A program made the translations under genes and the position numbers. A stretch of 124,000 nucleotides of DNA. Origin: Octopus vulgaris. Taxonomy: Eukaryota. This document shows, piece by piece, positions 116,171 through 124,000 of the stretch; the first letter of the stretch is position 1, and each line of letters starts with the position of its first letter. The stretch is taken from the NCBI GenBank assembly GCA_951406725.2, contig OX597823.1, positions 38,336,001-38,460,000 of the forward strand. Reading direction: 5' to 3'. A model generated the notes under the pieces. The model saw only the letters and a program-made list of their open reading frames with translations, had not been told where the DNA came from and did not search any database.

Positions 116171-116972
116171 GAGTTGCATAAGAATCAGCAACCTTAAATG
116201 TTAAACTGACACAAGAAAATGCTCATGAGACTCAGTAACCAGACTACTAGTAGTGAATCCTGAGACTCAGTAACTATGTTAAACTGACTGACTACTAACA
116301 AATGAGTCCATAACTTGTTATATCTGTATGTTATTGAGTAACATCAGGCTCAAATTACTTCAACAATCATAAGGGAAAGTCATAACTCTACCTAGCCATG
116401 TCAGCATTAAAAAACAAATCAGTGTGTCTGTTTATGCACACAAATAATATTTGATATAATTTTATAGATTGAATTATAAGACAAGTCCTGCCTTAGGGTT
116501 AACTTATCATATGAACTATGTTTAAATGTCGAGAAGATTATAGAATATTGATATTTCATTATTTAATCCAACTTTTATCTATTAAGCCATCCTTAATTCT
116601 CTTTCTTAATCAGTTTTCATTGATTATTATTTTTGTTGTTGTTATTATTTGGATTGTTAGAATTATTAGAACATTTGACAAAATATCTTGCAATATTGCT
116701 TCCTGAGTTTACATCTCATTGAGACCAACTTCCATGATTGATAAAATTTTGTACCAGTCAAATACTAATCCATTAACTCAGCCAACTCCATTTCCACAAA
116801 ATTTCAGGCCTTGAATCTATGTTTGAAAAAATTGTTATTGTTGTTGGTAAGGTAGTAAGCTAGCAGAATTGTTAATGTGCTTCACAAAATGTTTAGTGGG
116901 ATTTCTTCCAGTTCTAGCAGAAGTACCAACCTTCAAGCAGTTTCTTGCTACTCATTATGTATTAAGGAGGTA

Positions 116973-118252
116973 TTGGGTCTTCCCATAAATAATGTGTTTT
117001 TTTTTCAATTGCACGAACTAAAATTCGGAAGCTGATAGGATAAACTACCTGCATCAACTTGCTATAAAAGCAGATAGTAATTTTACTTTGTCCTTATTCT
117101 TAGTGTAAGTTTTGAAGAGTGCAGTTCAATTTTAACAGTTATTTTTTCAAAGCTATAATGGAAGTGACAAAGAATATATTCAGCATATTTTGCTTTATGA
117201 GTTCAGTAAAAACGACAACACAATGGAAAGTGCGAGGAATATTAATGCAGTATATTGGGATTGAACAATAAGTGTTAAGCCATTGTCAATGATGGTTCCA
117301 GAAATTCTGAGCTGGAAACTACAGCCTAGAAGACGAACCCCACCCTGGTAGATCTATAGAGCTTGATGAGGACGTTCTCCAAACCCTGGTGGAGCAAAAT
117401 CCCATTGTAACTGTTGAGGAACTAGCAGAGAAGCTTGGATGGATTTGGTTATTCAACCATTCACCAACACCTGCGTGCCATCAGAAAAGTTAGCAAATTG
117501 GGTCAATGAGTTCCTCACAATTTTTCCGAGTCTAATCACATGCAGAGAGTGAATGTGTGCTTTTCTTTGTCATGTCTCATAGTTGAACCTTTCTTGGACT
117601 GAATAGTGACTGGTGATGAGAAATGGGTTCTCTATAAAAATGTCAAGTGCCAAAGACTGGGTAAGGAAAGGAGAAACACCGGCACTCCAGGCTAAAGAAG
117701 GTCTTCACCCACATAAGAGGTGTTGTTATCTGTTTGGTGGGATATGAAAGGTTTAGTTCACTTTGAACTTTTAAACCCAAACCAAATTATAACAAAGGAG
117801 ATCTACTGTAAGTAGCTTGAATGACTTAAGTCAGCACTACAAGAAAAATGACCATCTTTAGTTTCAAGACAAAAAGTGTTTTTCCATCAGGATAATGCTC
117901 ATTCACATACAGTGAGGACGACATTCCAAAAGCTGGAGCACTTTGAGTGGGAAACAATGCCTCACCCACCATATTCACTGGACATTGCCCAATCGGATTA
118001 TCATTTATTCTGCAGTCTTTAAAATCATTTGGATGGAAAATATATGAATTCTGTAGATGAGATCACAACAGTACTGAAGGAGCATTTTTCGTCATGGAGA
118101 AGTGAATTTTGGAAGAGAGGCCTTGCAAGCCTACCACATAGATGTAAGAGCATTGTAGAAAATGGAGAGGATATTTTAGATTAAAAAGAACTTTATCTTA
118201 ATTTTGAAAAATAAAAGTATAAAAAAACTGCATTATTTATGGGATGACCCAA
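116973..118252 (+). mobile_element. Full-length degenerate mariner related to 22659-23909
   Basis: TIRs ttgggtcttcccataaataatg / cattatttatgggatgacccaa; IVTGDEKW, HQDNA and HPPYSLDIAQSDY motifs. Confidence 0.9.
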
Positions 118253-118268
118253 TTCATTATATACACGT

Positions 118269-118316
<48 letters not shown>

Positions 118317-118402
118317 TCATATATATACATGTACATAAATACATACTGTCATATATATAAATAAAGCCATATATATAATATATACACACACACATTATAC
118401 AC

Positions 118403-118443
<41 letters not shown>

Positions 118444-120046
118444 GTCCCAGGATGGGACGAATGTTACTCTATATATATATATATATATATATATAAATAT
118501 ATATATATATAAGACTCATTTTAGAAGTTGCTCTTGGTGTGCTCTCCATAGTATGTAAGAGTGGCAGATACCACACACATACACATAACAATAGAAACTT
118601 GGACATGATTATGAATCAATTCCTTTTGGGGTTGATAAAATAAGTGCCAGTACTGGGGTTGATGTAATCGCTGGCCTTTTTTTTTTTTTTTTTAAGTTTG
118701 TTCCTTATTGACTCTTTGGTACCTCAGAACCTTAATTCTTGACAGATGGCTGTTTAGCTAAAAAATAGAAAGCTATGTTCATAATAAGTTAATGGTACAA
118801 ACATGTAATGATATATATGATTTTATCAACATTTATTCCTGACTATATTATTGTCATTTCAATGACAGTAAAGCAAATTTTAAGGTCATTTGTTGGTAGT
118901 AGAAACACTGAAGATCCAAAGATCTCTGGTCCAATTCCAAGTTTTGTCATATTAGCGAGGTTGAAATTATTACTATCATAATTATTCATATATACTATGT
119001 ACCACTATTTTGGGGCAAAGAAAGCTTGTAAAATATACTTTGTGTATAATATACACAAGACTTTATCTTTGAGGAAATCAGCAATAGTGGGGAATGTTAA
119101 AAAATAACTTGGCCTTTTAGAATTACCATAATGAATCTATACTTCAAAATAGGTGAACCATGCTCCATCCTCTAATTTTTTTTGTGTTTGATTTTTTTTC
119201 TATATTTTTTTTCTAAACAATCTCTGGATTTTTGAGTTTTGAATGTTGGACATTCTGTGTTTATGTTAAAATTGCATCATTTAATATATATTTGATCTTT
119301 TTTGTGTGTGTGTGTGTGTGTTTTGATCATGTTTGATTCTTATTGTAAGACAGACGGTTAGATTTCTCCATTCATAAATTTCTTTCCCAATGACTTTCAT
119401 ATAAAAAAAACCCTCATTTTGTTTATTTTCATGAGGATTAAATTTTTTTTAATTAGGAAGGTTTCATTTTCAAAATTGCTTACTTTGTCGTCATCATCAT
119501 TTTTACATCCAAAGGTTGGACAAAACCTTTTCAACATAGCATTCTGCCATTTGTTGCATTTCTTCTCATCTCTTTTGTGAGGTTTGGCTTCTTGATATTA
119601 GCCTTCATTTCCGCTCATGTCTCTTTTAGTCTTCCTTTTCTTACCAGCTGTCATCATCCACATATATTACATGCCCATACCAGTGCAGCCATTGCTGGTA
119701 TGGACATGTAATGTTTCATAAGTTAACTAAGAGTCTTTGAGAAATGAAAATGGTACTATATAATTTCTTTCAAATAATTTGTTTCAGTTAATCTATTGTT
119801 ACAGGAAAATAAATACTTTTTTTCTTGAAATATGCTTTAGATTTCTAAATTTTGAATTCTCACATCACATGTCATTACATCAAGTAATATTATATATATA
119901 TATATTAGTATACTAATACAGCGTTATAGTAATACATCTGTTCGTTGTCTACACCACTTGTCTTCGTCTTTTGTTTTTTTGTGAATTCTCCCTGTATATA
120001 AATATTATATTATATATATATATATATACATACACACATATATATA

Positions 120047-120117
<71 letters not shown>

Positions 120118-122153
120118 AGTTATTTTGATTGCGTTTAGCTTGAGTCATGGAACAGATCGATCTTTTACAAATTTCTTTTTTCCTTGAAATCTGTCAAATA
120201 AGTATTTGCATTTTGGTTATATTTCATAAAAAAGTACCCTTTGATCTTTACTAGTGTTGGCTGTAAAACTGCATCTATTATCTACAGACAGTTATAATTT
120301 GTTTGTTGTTTTCCTAGAGACTCAATTTACTTTTAATAATGATATACTCAGTTTTAATACATGTTGCTACAGCTGAACAAACATTTCTGTAAAGATTTTA
120401 AAGATTTTAAATCTCCTCAGAACTTTCTTTTATGCAGTTTTCTTTTTCTAAATGTTCTTTGGATTTAGTTGTATTGAACATTAGACATTTAGGATCTGGT
120501 AATTTTTTTTAAATAAAAAAAAAATTTTGCAATATATATAATTTAATATAATGTTAAAATCATTGAATAAAATAGAAAATATTTTTATATATATTATGTA
120601 TATACTAAATGATTTAAACATCTCAACAATATATATTGATGGGATGGTCATGACTGGAACACATTTGAATTGATACTACGGAAGGTTATTGGAATAAAAT
120701 TTTTGGGAGTGTAGAAGTAAATAAACAGAGATTAAAGTGAATAAACAGAAACTAAGTACCTTCTATCCTTTTGTACTGTTTCTATTTTGGTTTTACATTT
120801 TATTTCTGAATTGTTTCAATGTGTGAATGAGATATTAGTAAGATAGTTAACAACCTTGAGTAATAATGGTCTGAAGGAGATATTTATGAAATATAAGGAA
120901 CATTTAATATATTTTCACTGTCATGATAAAATGTATTATAGTAATTCATAATCTGACACACCAGGTAATAGATATGTTAGGCCATTCCAAATATGGCTAC
121001 AGAGAATGAGTGACATTTAGCTTTACCTTTTATATAATGGGTAAAATACACATCCATAAATTTTAGATTTAGAAATTTGTGGAAAAAAATGTTTATTATT
121101 ATATGGTAATCAAAATTTGTGTAGTTTGACTTAGTGAGAGTATTAGAAGGGAGAGCTTTTGGGGTTATATATATACATATTGATGTTTAATCATTGTTAT
121201 AATAAGACTAACCAAAATATGATAGAAGAATTGTTCCAAATTTCTTTCAGCCAGCTTATATATGCTATAGGATACAGATTGGAAAAGTTTAAGAAATGTA
121301 AAAAAAAATGTATAAAACAAGAAAATCAAGAAATGTTTCTAACATTTTTCTATTTTTTTTTTTTAAGATATCATTATGAAAACTTTACCCTATGTTGGAA
121401 AAAATCCATTATAATTGCTAAATTTTGTTTATTTTGAAAAACTGTGTGCAATTTTCTGTGATAATCTTTGATGCTAAGGAATTATTAGGGAAACTCTGGA
121501 AGTTTATTTTGTCTTATCTAATGAAAGTTGGAATATTTGAAAATAATTTTTAGTTTTGGAGAATAATTTTTGTGAATTGTCCTTAATTGTTCTTTGTCTC
121601 TGTACAAATTTCTGTTGAATTGGTTAAGCTAGTGGACCAAATGAAAGAAGTTAATTAAGATAACAAATGTTTAATAAATATGATCACATTGAACAATTCA
121701 AATATAATTATTCAAGAATTTGATTGTATTTGTATGTTAAAATGTATTTCGATCAGCACAATGTTTTTCCCAATCTTTGATCCTGTTCTTAGAATTAGCA
121801 TTAGTCTTTAATTGCTTATTTCAACTGCTTTGTACTCATCTTGCTGTCAATTGACATTGACAAACTTAGTTGTGATGATTTTAGTTTCTTTATTGCTAAT
121901 GAGGATTTAGTTAGATATTTGCTTACAGCACTCAGATGTTTGCATACTGCCTTGCCACATGCATACTCCTATCACCAGCACTACATCCTATCACAAGCAA
122001 TGGCACCACTGTTAAAAATGGTATTTAAGTACTCCTTTTGCTCCAAATTCAGGCCCACTCTACTCTTATCGAGGCTGTTGGATTTTAACCTACCTCAGAA
122101 TCATCATCCATGACTAGGCAAGCAGAACTTAGTGCCAACAGATATCCAGGGAC

Positions 122154-122258
122154 ATGATGTCCATTTCTCATTCGTTTTCTTCACCTTCTGCATTTCGGTC
122201 TTCATACCGGAATCTTATGCGAACTTTGGGATCTCCTATTCGATCTAATTCTGTTGAG
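122154..122258 (+). CDS. Candidate coding exon MMSISHSFSSPSAFRSSYRNLMRTLGSPIRSNSVE (alternative first exon, or internal exon from 122142)
   Basis: CpG-retaining unique island, 35 open codons, donor gag|gtcagt in phase 0; in-frame stop at 122130. Confidence 0.6.
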
Positions 122259-123628
122259 GTCAGTTTTTGCCATCTAGTCTTTTCTTTAAATTGCCTTTGT
122301 TTTTTAATTTATGAATTTGTGATTTATATGTTAATATGTTAGTAGAAAAAGAAATTATCTTTGATAGATGTAACAGTGTTGTTGGATGCTAAGAGAATTT
122401 GCTGTTGATTTTGTTATCAATGTTGATGTTCTTTTGCAGATTATTTTACACTATAATCAAAGTGGTAAGCTGGAAGAATTTTTACATTGTCGGACAAAAT
122501 GCTTAGCAGAATTTCATTTGGCTCTTTACATTCTGAGTCCAAATTCCACTGAGGTCGTCTTTACCTTTCATCCTTTTGGGGGTCGATAAAAAAAGTACCA
122601 GTTGACCACTGGAGTTGATGTAATCAACTTAGCTCACTCACCTCAAATTGTTGGCCATGTCCCAAAATTTGAAACCATTATTTTTATACTGAAATAGCAT
122701 TCTGATTTCTAACAACTTAAAAATATTTAATATTTACTGACTTCTTTTTCTTTATTTTGCTGGTTTTTTTTATTTATAATTACAGAAGTAATGTTCAGCT
122801 CACTCATGGATTTGGGTGGTTGAGGATTGTTTCATCAAAATTGTTTTCAATAAAATACAGAGAATGATGAGAAGAAAATTCAATAGTTGATATTTCTTAT
122901 TTTGAAAGTGAGAAAATGGAATATTATTTAAGATTGATAATGGCTAATGAGTTTCCAGTTATTTTAAATCTTAAAAAGAACATTTTTATCAATTTTGTTA
123001 CAGGATGGAATTAGAAATAATTTGTAAAATGTATTTATTGAAATGCTTTCTATATTCTGAAATTAGTTACATTTTTATTTAAGTAGATAGTGACATTGAT
123101 GAATTACTTGCATAAAGTTAAATACCAATTGTCTTTGGAATTATGTTACATTGTTTTGCTAAGGAGGCAGATGTAGCTGAGTTGATAAGGGGATAGTTGC
123201 AACTGAGTTTTTAAGGAGACAGGGTTTTAATCAAAGCCTTGACTATTTATCTCTGCTGCATTTGCACCTAACAAAATGACACAGTTTACTTATCAGCTAC
123301 TAGGTATTGACTTAAGGTATAGTTCACTACTATAAACAGAACTGTATGACTGACAATGTTTGTAAATTAAAAGTGGTGAGTTGAAATTCTCCTGAGAACT
123401 AAAACAACATAGGAAGCCACTCCAGTATTTTACTTTGATGTTAACAATGCCAACATGTATTTTACAGACAAGAAAATAAATTTTGAATACAATAAAGCTG
123501 TACTGCATTCCAAATTTACTTGTCTGTAAAATACCAATCACATTCGATGCTTCCAAAGTTTGTTTGAAAAATGTCGTCACATTTCAAAAGCTATAATTTA
123601 GCTTTAAAATTGACGGTAAGTATCAGTA

Positions 123629-123700
123629 GGCCATTTAGCATAATGATAGAGTACTTAGCCAGTATCTGAGGGGTACAGGTTCAACTCCCATAGCTGTCTG
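123629..123700 (+). pseudogene. tRNA-like sequence (SINE head or tRNA pseudogene) between two ~90 bp imperfect direct repeats
   Basis: A-box-like tagcataatgatag, B-box-like ggttcaactccc; cloverleaf not intact. Confidence 0.4.
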
Positions 123701-124000
123701 CCGGCAACTTTTTTCCATCTTATAAGAATAAAATACCGTCTTTCTGCTGTTTTCACCGCTATACTGCATTCGAAATTTACTTTCTAGTCTGTAAAATCCA
123801 AAAACACATACAATGCTTACAAAGTTTGTTTATAAAATGTTATCGAATACTAATATGCATTTTTCCATCGGTGTCTCTGCTACCAAATTCATTACAGGTT
123901 GTTAGTTTTACTTTATGAAAGTGAAGTTATTGATTGAAAATTGACCTTTGTTAAATTGGAGGGAAAAATACTTCCTTTTCCTGATAAGTGATATTAATGT

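Noticed and set aside
123629-123700. Functional tRNA gene
   Set aside because: Acceptor and anticodon stems do not pair properly; treated as a SINE head or pseudogene

Overview
This is AT-rich, repeat-dense eukaryotic DNA. The SINE, LINE and microsatellite content suggests a coleoid cephalopod, probably Octopus (inference). The window appears to be the long-intron 5' part of one + strand protein-coding gene that I cannot name. Two well-supported coding exons lie at 29316-29438 and 45541-45606. Several further ATG-bearing exons also end in phase 0, and a CCAAT/E2F promoter-like stretch lies near 16.4 kb. The introns hold a full-length two-ORF CR1-group LINE with intact ORFs (73957-77906) next to a tandem array, a near-identical 5'-truncated sister copy, and an older relative. 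They also hold decayed RTE, Tx1/L1, mariner/Tc1, Chapaev3-like and Helitron-like elements, many tRNA-derived SINEs, and very long (TA)n/(CA)n tracts. The most unusual structure is a 4.65 kb non-coding element (80302-84954) with about 600 bp terminal inverted repeats and an internal 1736 bp-period tandem duplication. Each arm carries an identical minimal type I hammerhead ribozyme with an intact core. Smaller fold-backs with 23-30 nt spacers and degenerate hammerheads elsewhere suggest a family of Penelope-like or retrozyme-like insertions associated with microsatellites. Coordinates were counted by hand, and boundaries of decayed repeats are approximate.
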